A stretch of 64,000 nt of DNA, taken from an uncultured Poribacteria bacterium. Lineage in GTDB: Bacteria; Poribacteria; WGA-4E; WGA-3G. How positions within the stretch are numbered: the stretch's first letter is position 1; each line of letters opens with the position of its first letter. Below, piece after piece: positions 29,202-39,997 of this stretch. The notes beneath the pieces were generated by a model. It saw only the letters and a program-made list of their open reading frames with translations. It was not told where the DNA came from and did no database searches. A program made the translations under genes and the position numbers. The stretch lies in the NCBI GenBank assembly GCA_951813565.1, contig OX638351.1, positions 4,704,001 to 4,768,000 of the forward strand, read 5' to 3'.

Positions 29202-32200
29202 ATGGATGAAAGGTTTACACAATCAACTGGCACAAACGTCTATACTGGCTGTGAGTTGCTTGTCAAAGGTTCATTAGAGAGCGGCGTTAGCCTGATGACA
29301 GGGTATCCCGGTTCACCGCTTGCAGAAGTTTTTGACGTCCTGCAGCGAAATGCGGATCTCCTCAAATCAAATGGGATCGTAGCGCAGATAGCCAATAATG
29401 AGGCGTTGAGCATTGCCCGGTTGAACGGTTCGCAAATGGCGGACATGCGCGCAATCGCATTTATGAAAAGCGTTGGTTTGCACGTTGCGTCTGATGCACT
29501 TGCGATAAGTAATATGGCGGGGACAACCGGTGGTGCTGTGGTTGTTGTGGGTGATGATACGTGGTCCTATAGCACACAAGTTCCTGCTGATTCTCGTGTT
29601 TTAGCACGACATCTTTATATGCCCCTTTTAGAGCCATCAACTTGGCAAGAGATGAAAAATTGGATTGATTGTGCATTCGAAATTTCTGCGGATGCAAACC
29701 TCTATACCTGCTATTTAACAACTCAGAATCAAGCAGATGGTGGCGGAATTGTTGAACTACATCCCAATTGTAATCCGACTATTAGCCAGATAGCACAAAC
29801 AGAGTTGAATACGGAATTAATTTCCATAGATGATCGCGTGGTTTTGCCTCCTGATACTGCTCGTATTGAAGTAGAAACACTCCGTGAAAGGTTTCCTACC
29901 GCGCTTGAAACAGCAAAGCGATTAGGACTCAACGAAATCCTTTATCCTGCAAACAGTAATGGAAATTCAGCGTCAGTTCAAGCGCAACATAGAATTGGAT
30001 TTGTGACATCTGGTTTCAGTTATGTTTATCTGGAACATGCCTTAACTGAACTAAATCTCAGCGGTTCAGTCCCTATCCTCAAACTCGGTCTGACGCACCC
30101 GCTTGACGAAGATATCCTCTATGAATTTGCACAAGAAATAGATGAACTGTTTGTCATTGAAGAAAAACGCCCTATCCTTGAAAACGAAATCAAGGCATTT
30201 CTGACGCAGATGTATCAAGAAGGCACTCTGGATAAGTTTATGAAGGTGTGGGGCAAACAGTTCCCTAATGGGTTGTCTGGTATCCCTATAGAGGCAGGAT
30301 TAGATGCATCTATTCTGATTCAACGCTTAATACCGCTCTTTTCAGAAAATGGGCGATTTGCGTCCACTGTTCCGGTAGATGTCCAACTCTTTGAACAAGA
30401 AGCACAATTACAGCAACAAGTGTCTGAAATCAAGACTGATATTCCAGCACGCACCCCAACTTTCTGTCCCGGATGTCCACACCGAGATTCCTCAAGTGTC
30501 CTTCTCGAAATTACAAATCAATTTATGGATGCCACGTATATGCAAAAGCATCACGATTCACCGCCAGTTGATCTGGTTTTTCACGGAGATATCGGCTGCT
30601 ATTCAATGCTAAAATACGAACCGTTTCCGCGCTTGATGCACAATCTCTCTGCTATGACATTAGGTGGTGGCGCAGGCGCAGGTATTGATCCGTTTATTGT
30701 CAATAAGCAGGTCGTTTTTATGGGGGATTCAACCTTCTTTCACGGTGGTATGTCCGCAATTTCTGATTCCATCAAGAATAATCAAGATATTGCCTATATT
30801 ATATTAGACAATCAAACAACGGCAATGACAGGCCACCAACCGACACCTGCAGGCGAAATGGATATCCTCGGCAATCCAACGTTTGCGCAAGACATTGAGA
30901 CAGTTGTACAGGGCTTAGCTGGAAATTCTGAAATAACCATTGTACGTGTCAATCCGGAAGATCGGTTGAACTATAAAAAATATCTTGAGAAGGCAATTTT
31001 GAGAGATGGAGTCAAGATTATCATCGCGGATAAAGAATGTGCGATTACCTTCCACAGACGCCTCCGACGTGAACAACAAACAATAAAAGAGAAAGACGGC
31101 TTTTTAAAGGTCGAAAAACATATTAACATTACATCTGAAGTCTGTGAATTTTGTTTAGAATGTACCAAATCTACGGGATGTCCTGCCCTAAAAATTGTTG
31201 ATACCGATTATGGAGACAAAATAGCAATTGATCGTTCTAACTGTGTAACCGATGGTGCTTGTGCGCGGATTAAATGGGCGTGTCCGTCCTTTGAAGAAGT
31301 TATCGTAACACGCAAACGTCCCCCTCGTGCGCAACATATTCAGCAAATTGAGAAGCCAAAACATAAGGACGAAGACTCAGCGGATGTATGGGAAGATTCA
31401 GGGCTATCTGAATTACTTTCACGACTGAGGATAAACGGAGCCGCCCCTTTACCACCACCACCTCCAAGAACTTTTGACAGAGCATGGAGTGCCTACGCAG
31501 CAGGTGTCGGTGGAATGGGTATCGGAACGATCTCTAAAATACTTGTTGTTGCGGGGTATCTCCAAGGGTATGATGTGCATTTCTGTGATAGAAAGGGGTT
31601 AGCGATACGAAATGGGGGTGTCTATACACACGTTACTTATACGAATTCTGGTCATAAAATTTCACCGATTATCCCTTACGGCAAAGCGGATCTCGTCTTA
31701 GGGCTTGATATTTTAGAAACGGTTCGGGGCATTTCAGCGGAATCGGTTTTCCGTGTGGCATCAACTGAACGCACTGCTGCCGTTGTCAATACAGCCAAAA
31801 CAGAGACGATGACAACCCTCATTGGGAAAGATAGTTTTGAAACTGATGATTTAGAAGAAACTATTGAACACAATACGAATGCCTATGTTGGTATTAACCT
31901 ATTTGACATCTCGGAACAGTTGTTCGGCACAAAACTTTATGCAAATATCATGCTAATAGGTGTTGCGTTCCAACGAGGCTTGATGCCAATTGAGATGGAA
32001 CCATTAAAACTTGCGTTAAAGCAGATGGTCAGGCGTTCCGATTTACAACAGAACCTTAATGCGTTTGAAGTTGGTAGATACCTTGCAGTAAATGAAAATG
32101 TTGATAGTACTCTAATTCAACATATATCCGATGTTTCTAAACAGACTTATACTGAGACATTAGCGGAGAAAAGAGGTATTCTAACAGAGAAATTCCGTGG

Positions 32201-32867
32201 TAAACGTCTTGCAGATTCATACCTCGGTTTAGTTGAAAGTATCGTCGAAAAAGTTCGTTTAGATGAGTCAACACATCGTAGTCTTGCACTCTATATCTAT
32301 GATTTGATTCAGTTTGAAAATATAAATTATGCGCGGTTATATATTGAAAAAATAGAACAACTCTACGATAAAGACTTTGGCGACTACCGTGCCACAAAAT
32401 CTGCTATTAAATACTTACACAAAGTGATGCTGATTAAAGACGAAGTATATGTTTCACACTTGTTGACAAGTAAAGAAAAATTCGCTCACGATAAGGTCCG
32501 TTATAATGTTGATGAGAAGAACGGTGATAAAATACGTTATCTTCATCTCAACCGCCCGCATTTCACTGTGATGGGTATTGACATTGAACATGATATTGAT
32601 ACTCGAAACTGGATGTTGCACTTGATGAAACGAATGAAGTTTCTAAGACGGTGGTTATCGCAGTGGCACGCAAAAGAGAAGGAATTTCGAGATTGGTATA
32701 TCCAAGAAGTTATTGATACATTTTCACCAACTGATGAGAACTATGCTAAATATGTAGAAGCATTAGAATGCCCTGAAACCGTTCGGGGTTATAGGGAAAT
32801 TCGTTATCCGACGATGGAAGCGGCGAAACAGAAGGTTGAAAAACTACTTGGACCAGAGGCATCGTAA
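29202..32867 (+). CDS. Fused indolepyruvate/2-oxoacid:ferredoxin oxidoreductase (alpha+beta)
   Basis: GYPGSP, RTPTFCPGCPHR, GDIGC, MGDSTFFH, TAMTGHQ, CEFCLEC..GCP ferredoxin, GVGGMG, KDEVYV. Confidence 0.9.
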   Translation: MDERFTQSTGTNVYTGCELLVKGSLESGVSLMTGYPGSPLAEVFDVLQRNADLLKSNGIVAQIANNEALSIARLNGSQMADMRAIAFMKSVGLHVASDALAISNMAGTTGGAVVVVGDDTWSYSTQVPADSRVLARHLYMPLLEPSTWQEMKNWIDCAFEISADANLYTCYLTTQNQADGGGIVELHPNCNPTISQIAQTELNTELISIDDRVVLPPDTARIEVETLRERFPTALETAKRLGLNEILYPANSNGNSASVQAQHRIGFVTSGFSYVYLEHALTELNLSGSVPILKLGLTHPLDEDILYEFAQEIDELFVIEEKRPILENEIKAFLTQMYQEGTLDKFMKVWGKQFPNGLSGIPIEAGLDASILIQRLIPLFSENGRFASTVPVDVQLFEQEAQLQQQVSEIKTDIPARTPTFCPGCPHRDSSSVLLEITNQFMDATYMQKHHDSPPVDLVFHGDIGCYSMLKYEPFPRLMHNLSAMTLGGGAGAGIDPFIVNKQVVFMGDSTFFHGGMSAISDSIKNNQDIAYIILDNQTTAMTGHQPTPAGEMDILGNPTFAQDIETVVQGLAGNSEITIVRVNPEDRLNYKKYLEKAILRDGVKIIIADKECAITFHRRLRREQQTIKEKDGFLKVEKHINITSEVCEFCLECTKSTGCPALKIVDTDYGDKIAIDRSNCVTDGACARIKWACPSFEEVIVTRKRPPRAQHIQQIEKPKHKDEDSADVWEDSGLSELLSRLRINGAAPLPPPPPRTFDRAWSAYAAGVGGMGIGTISKILVVAGYLQGYDVHFCDRKGLAIRNGGVYTHVTYTNSGHKISPIIPYGKADLVLGLDILETVRGISAESVFRVASTERTAAVVNTAKTETMTTLIGKDSFETDDLEETIEHNTNAYVGINLFDISEQLFGTKLYANIMLIGVAFQRGLMPIEMEPLKLALKQMVRRSDLQQNLNAFEVGRYLAVNENVDSTLIQHISDVSKQTYTETLAEKRGILTEKFRGKRLADSYLGLVESIVEKVRLDESTHRSLALYIYDLIQFENINYARLYIEKIEQLYDKDFGDYRATKSAIKYLHKVMLIKDEVYVSHLLTSKEKFAHDKVRYNVDEKNGDKIRYLHLNRPHFTVMGIDIEHDIDTRNWMLHLMKRMKFLRRWLSQWHAKEKEFRDWYIQEVIDTFSPTDENYAKYVEALECPETVRGYREIRYPTMEAAKQKVEKLLGPEAS

Positions 32868-32897
32868 CATGTAGCATCTGTTTTCTGTATAATCGCC

Positions 32898-33101
32898 TAT
32901 AGGCGTCAATTTAAGGATAGATTTTCTTGTAGGAGTGAATCAACGCAGCATGCGCGTGTGACATGCTGCGGGTTTGTAACCCCGATTTAATTAGTTTAGG
33001 TTCACAAAATCGGGGTTATAAACCCCTCCCACAAGAGAATGGTCCGAGGCGCAATGAATTGCGCGACTACAAACGCGTTATTTCTTAAATTGACAGTTAT
33101 G
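32898..33101. mobile_element. MITE (TIR TATAGGCGTCAATTTAAG) with REP pair
   Basis: Homologous to 6267-6467; right end cttaaattgacagttat. Confidence 0.7.
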
Positions 33102-33166
33102 GGTAAAGCGATGCGATACCCGACCTATGACTTAACTCTTGGTAAGAAAGTTAACATAATAGTTAG

Positions 33167-34045
33167 ATGGACAAGCTGCACACAATCACTGGTCATACAA
33201 AAATTGTTGGTGTAATAGGCGCACCGGTTGAACATAGTCGTTCCCCTCAGATGCATAACGCTGCCCTTGCTAAAGCGGGACTTGATTACATCTATGTTCC
33301 GTTTCATGTGCCTACTGACGCAGTAGCTGAGGCAATGGGCGGATTTAAGGCACTCAGCGTGGTCGGAATCAATGTCACACTTCCACATAAACAAGCGGTG
33401 ATTCCGTTTCTTACATCTATCTCGCGGGAAGCGGAACTCATTGGTGCTGTAAATACGCTTACTTTTACTGATGGAGAGATACACGGTGAGAATACAGACG
33501 CTCCGGGGTTCTTAAGAGCGTTGGAGGAAGCAGGCGCATCAGTACCTGTCGGAAAAGATGTTGTTGTGATCGGTGCAGGTGGATCAGCCCGGGCAGTTGT
33601 GGTCGCTTTGGCACTCGCAAATGCACGTTCTATCGTCATTGCCAACCGAACAGTATCAAAGGCAGTTGCTTTAGCAGAGGAACTTTCTGAAAAGATTAAT
33701 GTGCAGGAAGAAACAGGACATAAAACCATATTCAAAGGCATAGGGCTGCAGGATTCACGACTGCCGGATGCAGTGAGTGGTTGTGCATTATTGGTCAATA
33801 CCGCTTCATCAAGTATGGACACAACACACCCGCTTTTGATCAACCCGAATTGGCTCCAACCGAGCATAACTGTCTACGATATTGTATACACTCCGCCAAT
33901 GACAACGTTATTAACAGCAGCGGATGAGAAGGGATGTACAATAGTTGGTGGAATTGGTATGTTGGTACATCAGGGCGCAATCGCTTTTGAACGGTGGACA
34001 GGTGTTGAACCGTGTGTAAACACAATGCGAGAAGCCCTATCATAA
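33167..34045 (+). CDS. aroE: Shikimate dehydrogenase
   Basis: HSRSPQMHN, GINVTLPHK, IGAVNT, NTD, IGAGGSARA, GMLVHQG. Confidence 0.95.
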   Translation: MDKLHTITGHTKIVGVIGAPVEHSRSPQMHNAALAKAGLDYIYVPFHVPTDAVAEAMGGFKALSVVGINVTLPHKQAVIPFLTSISREAELIGAVNTLTFTDGEIHGENTDAPGFLRALEEAGASVPVGKDVVVIGAGGSARAVVVALALANARSIVIANRTVSKAVALAEELSEKINVQEETGHKTIFKGIGLQDSRLPDAVSGCALLVNTASSSMDTTHPLLINPNWLQPSITVYDIVYTPPMTTLLTAADEKGCTIVGGIGMLVHQGAIAFERWTGVEPCVNTMREALS

Positions 34046-34141
34046 GGAAAAAGATAAGATTTAGCCCATTTCTCTTTTTTCACCAAAGTTATTTTGTAAT
34101 CCCGACGCAACGTCATTAATTTTGAACTCTTTCTGAAAGGA

Positions 34142-34219
34142 ACAGATATGCAAGACGAACAGCGGACAGATATACAAGACGAAGAGCAGACAGATATACA
34201 AGACGAACAAGGCACAGAG
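34142..34219 (+). repeat. 24-bp tandem repeat x3 (ACAGATATRCAAGACGAA...)
   Basis: Encodes TD(M/I)QDE(Q/E)x units at the N-terminus of the zapA-like gene. Confidence 0.85.
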
Positions 34220-34507
34220 GAAAGAAAAATAATCCCTCCAGAAAATAAAGCTATCCGATTTGTTATTTTGGGTATCCCTTATTCTATTAAGCCGACAGAT
34301 GAATTAACCGGTGAGGACATCGACGTTTTGGTTAGTTATGTTAAGCAGCGGATAGAACGTTATATGCAAAAAGGTTACGATCAGACACGAATTCCGATTC
34401 TTGTAGCTTTTGATATAGCGAATGAGTTGCGGGAGTTGCAGAAGTTCTACGAATTACCGATTAACCGTGCTATTGACAAACTTAAGTTTGTCTTGGAACC
34501 GGAGTAG
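34148..34507 (+). CDS. zapA: Cell division protein ZapA-like
   Basis: IRFVILGIPYSIK...LVSYVKQRI...IPILVAFDIANEL fits the ZapA pattern; AAAGGA RBS. Confidence 0.65.
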   Translation: MQDEQRTDIQDEEQTDIQDEQGTEERKIIPPENKAIRFVILGIPYSIKPTDELTGEDIDVLVSYVKQRIERYMQKGYDQTRIPILVAFDIANELRELQKFYELPINRAIDKLKFVLEPE

Positions 34508-34583
34508 ATTTATTTTTTACAAAAACATTAGCAGGACGGCTGCACAAAATATCGGGAATAAAATGATGTAATATATTTGCTTC

Positions 34584-34790
34584 AACCAAGGTAGTTTTGG
34601 TGCTGTTTAATCCATACATTCCCTCATGAATTGACTCACAAATTCAACGCGCTGATGAATAGAAAGGAGTGTGTTGAAAAGTTCAAATAATTTCCGAACA
34701 GTAGCGGAATGTTGTTGAATAACGCCAATCCTCCAGTGCTGATATAAACGTTTCCTGTTTGTTGGTCAAGGAAACAGCATAAGGTTGGTT
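34584..34790 (+). ncRNA. 6S RNA candidate
   Basis: About 205 nt directly after zapA (the usual ssrS position); ends pair (AACCAA/TTGGTT, TGCTGTTT/AAACAGCA) around an unpaired centre with an inner TTCAAC/GTTGAA stem. Confidence 0.45.
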
Positions 34791-35223
34791 TGGTGTTCAA
34801 ACCGTCGAGATACATAACGAAACTCAAAAATTAGATAAAGAAGAAAGAATAATACCAATTCTAAAATACAATGTCCCATTTAACATACTGCAATTTAATG
34901 GAATATCTATGTAAGAGGCGCAATAAATTGCGCGACTACGAACAGATAATTTGAAAATGAGAAGTTATTTTTAGAAATGGTATAACATTGAACCGATTGA
35001 AGAAAGAATCGGAAAATTTTCATCTTTCGTAGCACGTGAAACCCAGATCTTAGATTTGGGATATAAGTGTTTTTCCCTACTTTAGCCCCGCATCGTCCTA
35101 TCGAAAACTATCGTATATCAATTTTTATTGAATTAAACGCGAAATTGTGGTAAACTATTATGACACATATAATGTGGAATCAATATTTACTCAGTTTACG
35201 CATCAATTTTTGGGAGGAATTCC

Positions 35224-36099
35224 ATGAAAACCAGAGGAACACTTTTTGTTGCTGCTCTTTTGGTCATAAGTATTGCCGTTATTGGTTGCGGCAAGTTAGA
35301 CCAAGAAGAGTTTGAAATGTGGAAAAACGAACATGTCACGCAGGTCGACCAATCTACTACAGAAATAAAAGCACAGGTTACGAAACTTGAAGGTAAGGTT
35401 GACCAAAATAATAAGGATACAATGGAGGCAATCTCTAAGGCAAAGGACGAAGCTATTGCCGTTTCACAGCAAGGGGATGCTGACACTATCGCTGTTGGAG
35501 AGCAAAAAGCCAAAGAAAATGACGCTAAACTTCGTGCAGCCTTGTCAAAAGATATTGAGATGCAAGGTAAAAAATCGATGGATTTTGCCAAAGCTGAAGA
35601 TGCTAAGGTCCAAAAACGAGTTATGGATCTTGCCAATAGTCTGAATGCACAGGGCATGGATTTGAAGAAAGTCATGTCTCAAATTGCTGCTATGTTAGAA
35701 GATATTGCCGAGCTTAAAGCGGATGCAGCATCAAAACCGACGCTTTTAGTTACCGTCAATTTCGGCAGTGGACAGACAGGTTTGTCCAGCAAGGCGAAAG
35801 AGATGCTTGATGGCATCGTTGGTCAGATTATGGAAAACCCGGAAGCTGAAATACTTGTCTCGGGACATGCAGATGGCACACCGGTATTACGGGGCGGTCA
35901 TCGAAGCAATTGGGATCTGTCTCAAGCGCGAGCAAATTCTGTCGTTAAGTATCTAAAAGGCAAAGGCATTGACGCTGCAAGGATCAAGTCTGTTGGAAAA
36001 GCACATACTGATCCGGTAGCGCCGCAGAACACCTCTGCTGGTAGAGCGATGAATCGGCGGGTAGAAGTAATTCTTAACCCTTCTGGCTCTATGATGTAA
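35224..36099 (+). CDS. OmpA/MotB-family lipoprotein with a long coiled coil
   Basis: Lipobox VIGC; GHADG, SNWDLSQARA, NRRVEV peptidoglycan-binding domain. Confidence 0.9.
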   Translation: MKTRGTLFVAALLVISIAVIGCGKLDQEEFEMWKNEHVTQVDQSTTEIKAQVTKLEGKVDQNNKDTMEAISKAKDEAIAVSQQGDADTIAVGEQKAKENDAKLRAALSKDIEMQGKKSMDFAKAEDAKVQKRVMDLANSLNAQGMDLKKVMSQIAAMLEDIAELKADAASKPTLLVTVNFGSGQTGLSSKAKEMLDGIVGQIMENPEAEILVSGHADGTPVLRGGHRSNWDLSQARANSVVKYLKGKGIDAARIKSVGKAHTDPVAPQNTSAGRAMNRRVEVILNPSGSMM

Positions 36100-36144
36100 T
36101 TTTTTATTCTTCGTATTCGCCCTCGATTTTCCATCCAGTGTCGT

Positions 36145-36181
36145 TAGGATGTCCTAATTTTGGGCATCCTACTCTTTTTTT
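36145..36181 (+). terminator. Rho-independent terminator
   Basis: TAGGATGTCC-TAATTTT-GGGCATCCTA hairpin followed by a T run. Confidence 0.75.
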
Positions 36182-36269
36182 ACGCTTTTGTACTTGTTTG
36201 TCTATGTTTATCTATTTTGCTGAAAATTTAGATATTACCTCACCTTTTATAGCGTGGATGTCTTGAATA

Positions 36270-36986
36270 ATGCGTTATCTCGCCATAATCCTATTTTCCG
36301 TTTTCATTATCTCAGGCATTTCACCTGCTGAGCCTTCCGTTGAGCAGGCATCACGACCACCTTCTATTTTAAACAGTTTTTTCAAACAACACCTACAAAC
36401 TTCATCACTGCAGTTTTCCGTCTTTTCTTACAAACCAGAATTAGGCGACCTGACTAATATTCTACAAAGTGTTGGAATACCCAAAACTCCGGTTGCTATG
36501 ATGCCGACACTTTCAATTGTTCTACAGCACATGCCTGAATTGGACTCTCGGTTGGAAATTGGCTATTGGCGAACGCAACTTGACACTCCACCGCCTACTG
36601 CAACGTCCCTCACAGCCACGCTTATGCCTATCTCCTATCAGTTAATCTATCGTCCGGTACTTTTATACCGATATCTCCCAATTTATTTTGGTGGCGGTAT
36701 CGGTTTTTTGAGGGCCAATTTTGATGGTAACATAGTTGATGTGCTTGCAGAACAAGGCATCTCACTTAATAATAGTGCTTCGGCGACAACAGGTTACGTT
36801 ATTGCCGGTATTGAGTTGTTTCAATGGGAGTCGCAACCCGGCGCTCGTGCATCTATAGGAAATAACGCATCAATCAATTTTGAGTTAAAACGAATCCTCA
36901 AAACCATTGAAACTACCGGCGATCAACCGTTTAATATTATTTTAGACGGAACTGCGATTGGAGTCGGAGTTAGAACGCAGTTTTAA
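36270..36986 (+). CDS. Outer-membrane beta-barrel protein
   Basis: Signal peptide, YFGGGIGF, C-terminal GVGVRTQF (terminal Phe). Confidence 0.7.
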   Translation: MRYLAIILFSVFIISGISPAEPSVEQASRPPSILNSFFKQHLQTSSLQFSVFSYKPELGDLTNILQSVGIPKTPVAMMPTLSIVLQHMPELDSRLEIGYWRTQLDTPPPTATSLTATLMPISYQLIYRPVLLYRYLPIYFGGGIGFLRANFDGNIVDVLAEQGISLNNSASATTGYVIAGIELFQWESQPGARASIGNNASINFELKRILKTIETTGDQPFNIILDGTAIGVGVRTQF

Positions 36987-36989
36987 TCG

Positions 36990-38393
36990 TTGTTTCGGAT
37001 GTTCCTGAAACCAGCAAAACACATCCTTCCGTTTCTAATCTGCATCGTGTTCGGGGTGATCCTCGGACGCCATTCAGAAACACCGCTTGCTGTTCTCTGC
37101 CTATTAGTTGCAACAGGATTATTTGTATTCTTCGGAATGGAATTAGCGGTGTATGTCCTGTTAATCTGCTTGCCTTTTTCCTTCCGTTATATTATTCCGC
37201 AACTCCTTGAAATTCAGACTCCAACCGAACCGCTGTTAGGCATGCTCAGTGCCGTTTATTTGTTAAAAAAGATTGTGGATTACGCGCTGGGAAAGCGGCA
37301 GCGCACTCCTACCTTCCCATTTCTACTACCACTCTGTTCTTTTATATTCGTTACGTTCCTATCCGCGATCAATACCCCTGACCTATTTGGCACTCTAAAA
37401 GGTGCTTTTCGTGCTTCTACCTACATAATGTTCAGTTTGGTTGTGTATGATATAATCCAACATCGTCAGCGTTTGAATCGGTTATTTATAGCCTCCTTTC
37501 CGAGTGCAGCAATTGCTGTTATCTGGACGGTTATTGTGCTTCTGTATAATATTGATCAATGGCAGTGGACAAGTGCTTATCAGAGTTCCCCATTCACAAA
37601 TTACTCAGTCTACGGTTCATTCACGGCGATCTTTTTCTTAATCTGTCTGAGTCGCTTGTTATTTGATAACCAACAATATGACCGTGTCATGTGGGTAGGG
37701 TGGTTTGTCTGTTTCGGATTGGGTCTAATTATGTGTTTTTCGAGGGGGGTATGGCTCTCTGTTATCGTTGCAGTTGGATTTATGTTAATACAATTGGGCA
37801 GAGGTGTTACGCACAAAAAGATTCTGTTTATTGGCGCTGCATGTCTTGTTTTATTAGTATGTTTAAGTCTGCCGGGGGTTTATAACTCGGTTATGGAACG
37901 AGTCTCATCAACAGTAGATTTAGACTATGCCTCCAACCGAGCACGTCTCTTGCGATGGGGACAAGCCATTACAATGTTCCTTGATAGCCCTATTTTGGGA
38001 AAAGGGTACGGCGCATTTGCCATGCTTTACGAGGAAGATGTTGCGCTTGTGGGTAGTTATGTAGCACAGTTTCAGTTGGGAGCACACAGTGAATACCTTC
38101 AGGTAATGGCAGAATTAGGAATTGTCGGTTTAGGTGTGTGGATATGGCTGAATTTTGCTTTCTTACGCTACGGCTTCCGTGCCCTTACACGAATTGAGGA
38201 TGGTTTTTACCGATCTGTTGTCATTGGATTGATGGCAGCTGAAATTTCGTTGATGGTGCATTTCATAGTAAATAACCTGCTGAACGGTGATGCTATCGGG
38301 GTGCCATTTTGGGGCATTTACGGTTTGTTGCCGGCTGTTGTGCAAATAGCGGAACGGGTAAAGGAAAGTACACTACGAGAAAACGAAAATTGA
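36990..38393 (+). CDS. O-antigen ligase (Wzy_C) family protein
   Basis: FSRGVW, SNRARL..W, PILGKGYGAF, AHSEYLQVMAELG. Confidence 0.9.
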   Translation: MFRMFLKPAKHILPFLICIVFGVILGRHSETPLAVLCLLVATGLFVFFGMELAVYVLLICLPFSFRYIIPQLLEIQTPTEPLLGMLSAVYLLKKIVDYALGKRQRTPTFPFLLPLCSFIFVTFLSAINTPDLFGTLKGAFRASTYIMFSLVVYDIIQHRQRLNRLFIASFPSAAIAVIWTVIVLLYNIDQWQWTSAYQSSPFTNYSVYGSFTAIFFLICLSRLLFDNQQYDRVMWVGWFVCFGLGLIMCFSRGVWLSVIVAVGFMLIQLGRGVTHKKILFIGAACLVLLVCLSLPGVYNSVMERVSSTVDLDYASNRARLLRWGQAITMFLDSPILGKGYGAFAMLYEEDVALVGSYVAQFQLGAHSEYLQVMAELGIVGLGVWIWLNFAFLRYGFRALTRIEDGFYRSVVIGLMAAEISLMVHFIVNNLLNGDAIGVPFWGIYGLLPAVVQIAERVKESTLRENEN

Positions 38394-38404
38394 GTATAAT
38401 CTAT

Positions 38405-39382
38405 GAAGTCATATTGAGTAAAACCTATAAATATAGTAAAATAAAGGTATATAAGTTAATAATGTAAGTCCTATTTTTTTGAGAGGTTCTCTTATGGCTG
38501 ACACAACTGAAAAACAACTGAATTCCAATTGTCTTCCGAAACAGGTTTCGCTTAGGGATTTTAACCGGTATATTAAACCCTTTTTGTCTAAAAGGCATAA
38601 AGGACCGAAACCTAAAATATCTTCGTATAAGATATTTAATTATATCCTTTATGTTTTGCATACTGGCATTCAATGGGAGCGGCTCCGCACCCGGCGGAAT
38701 GAACTCCATTGGTCTAATGTCTATAAATGGCATAATAGATGGTCAAAAGATGGTTCTTATCAAAAACTTTTTGAAGCATCAGTGATACATCTGCTTGATA
38801 CCGATCAACTTGACACCTCTCAACTTCATGGAGATGGGTCAAATACCGTCGTAAAAAAAGGGGCGATGGCATCGGTTATTCGGGACACAAACATCAGAAA
38901 GGTGAAAAAGAGTTGACCATCACCGACAATCACGGGTTCATCGTTAGTCCGATAACCACCAAACCGGTTAACCAACATGAGACAACGATTTTGCCCGAGG
39001 CATTGACTGAATTCATCTCCTTCAGCAATCGCATTGGACTGGAACTTGAGAGTTCCGCTCTAACGCTGGATTCTGGTTTTGATTCCAAGGTGAATCACAA
39101 GATTATCAAAGAACAAGGTCTGATCCCAGTGATCTATCCGAACAAACGGAATACTAAAGAACCTATCGTTATTGCTCGCAAGTTCCGTTGGTTTAAGAAA
39201 GATATCTACAAAGAGAGATTTAAAGTAGAACGCACATTCGGTTGGCAAGGGACTTATCGGAAACTCGCCCTTAGCTACGATAAACTTAAAGAAACCCGTT
39301 TAGGTTTTCGCTATTTAGCATATTCAATGATAAACTTTCGAGTGACTTTCAACGATTCTTAGCGCGTACTCGCTATGAGTTC
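38405..39382 (+). mobile_element. IS5-family insertion sequence
   Basis: Imperfect TIR GAAGTCATATTGAGTA / TACTCGCTATGAGTTC, TAT on both flanks, two transposase ORFs. Confidence 0.8.
38494..39362 (+). CDS. IS5-family transposase split by a probable programmed -1 frameshift
   Basis: ORF A (ILYVLHTGIQW..L, WSKDG, DGS) joins ORF B (DSGFDS, RFKVERTFGW) via A7G4 at about 38853-38863, giving ...VKKGGDGIGYSGHKHQKGEK. Confidence 0.85.
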
Positions 39383-39542
39383 TATAGTAAAACCTATAAT
39401 TAATGGGATACTTCTGTAGCGCAAACTTTTAGTTTGCGTCTCATAAGGCACAAACTAAAAGTTTGTGCTACAGCTTCTATTGTCCATTATCTTTCCAAGA
39501 TAAGTTTATCAAAGTGTCCCAATAATTTCAAAGTTCACTATA
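39383..39542. repeat. Correia-like MITE with an inverted REP pair (GTAGCGCAAAC.../...GTTTGTGCTAC)
   Basis: TATAGTAAAACCTATAATTAATGGGATAC / GTGTCCCAATAATTTCAAAGTTCACTATA ends. Confidence 0.7.
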
Positions 39543-39851
39543 AATGGGATTAGTAGTTTATGACTTGTTAAACGCGTTGTGCCAGTTAACATTTGGTATA
39601 TTTATATTTCACATGTTCCTTTTGTTTGGGTTTGCATTCCGCAACTTTTCCGATAGCTGCTGTCCTCAAGGTAGGAGGGAACTCCGATTCCCGACTGCAA
39701 ACGTGTCGCGATTCGGAGATCGCTCCCGCCAAATGCCAAAAGCGTATTTGGCGTTGATTCCAAAATATGAACAATTGTGAAAAATAACAAAACTTTCACT
39801 TAACTGGCACAAGTCGTTTGTTAAATAAAAGTGCTGAAGTCAAATTTGTTT

Positions 39852-39965
39852 TATAGTAAAATCCACAATTACCTGGACATTGGCGAGGTTAGGATACCTC
39901 GCCAGCGCAAGCGTGTGGAGATTGTTGTTGATTGAAATGTGAACATATTTTCGGATTTTACAATA
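39852..39965. repeat. 114-bp Correia-like MITE, near-identical to 62136-62249
   Basis: TATAGTAAAAYCCACAATTACCTGGACATT-REP-...TTCGGATTTTAC(A/T)ATA. Confidence 0.85.
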
Positions 39966-39997
39966 ACTTCAGAACTTTTTAGGTTTTGATACGGCAA

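Noticed and set aside
29202..32867. Alpha-beta fusion of indolepyruvate oxidoreductase as a novelty
   Set aside because: Fused ~1150-1200-aa forms are a well-known bacterial family.
35030..35072. IS200/IS605-like end (TAGCACGTGAAACCCAGATC...TTGGGATATAAGTG)
   Set aside because: Single short hairpin with no partner end or tnpA/tnpB nearby; too weak to call.
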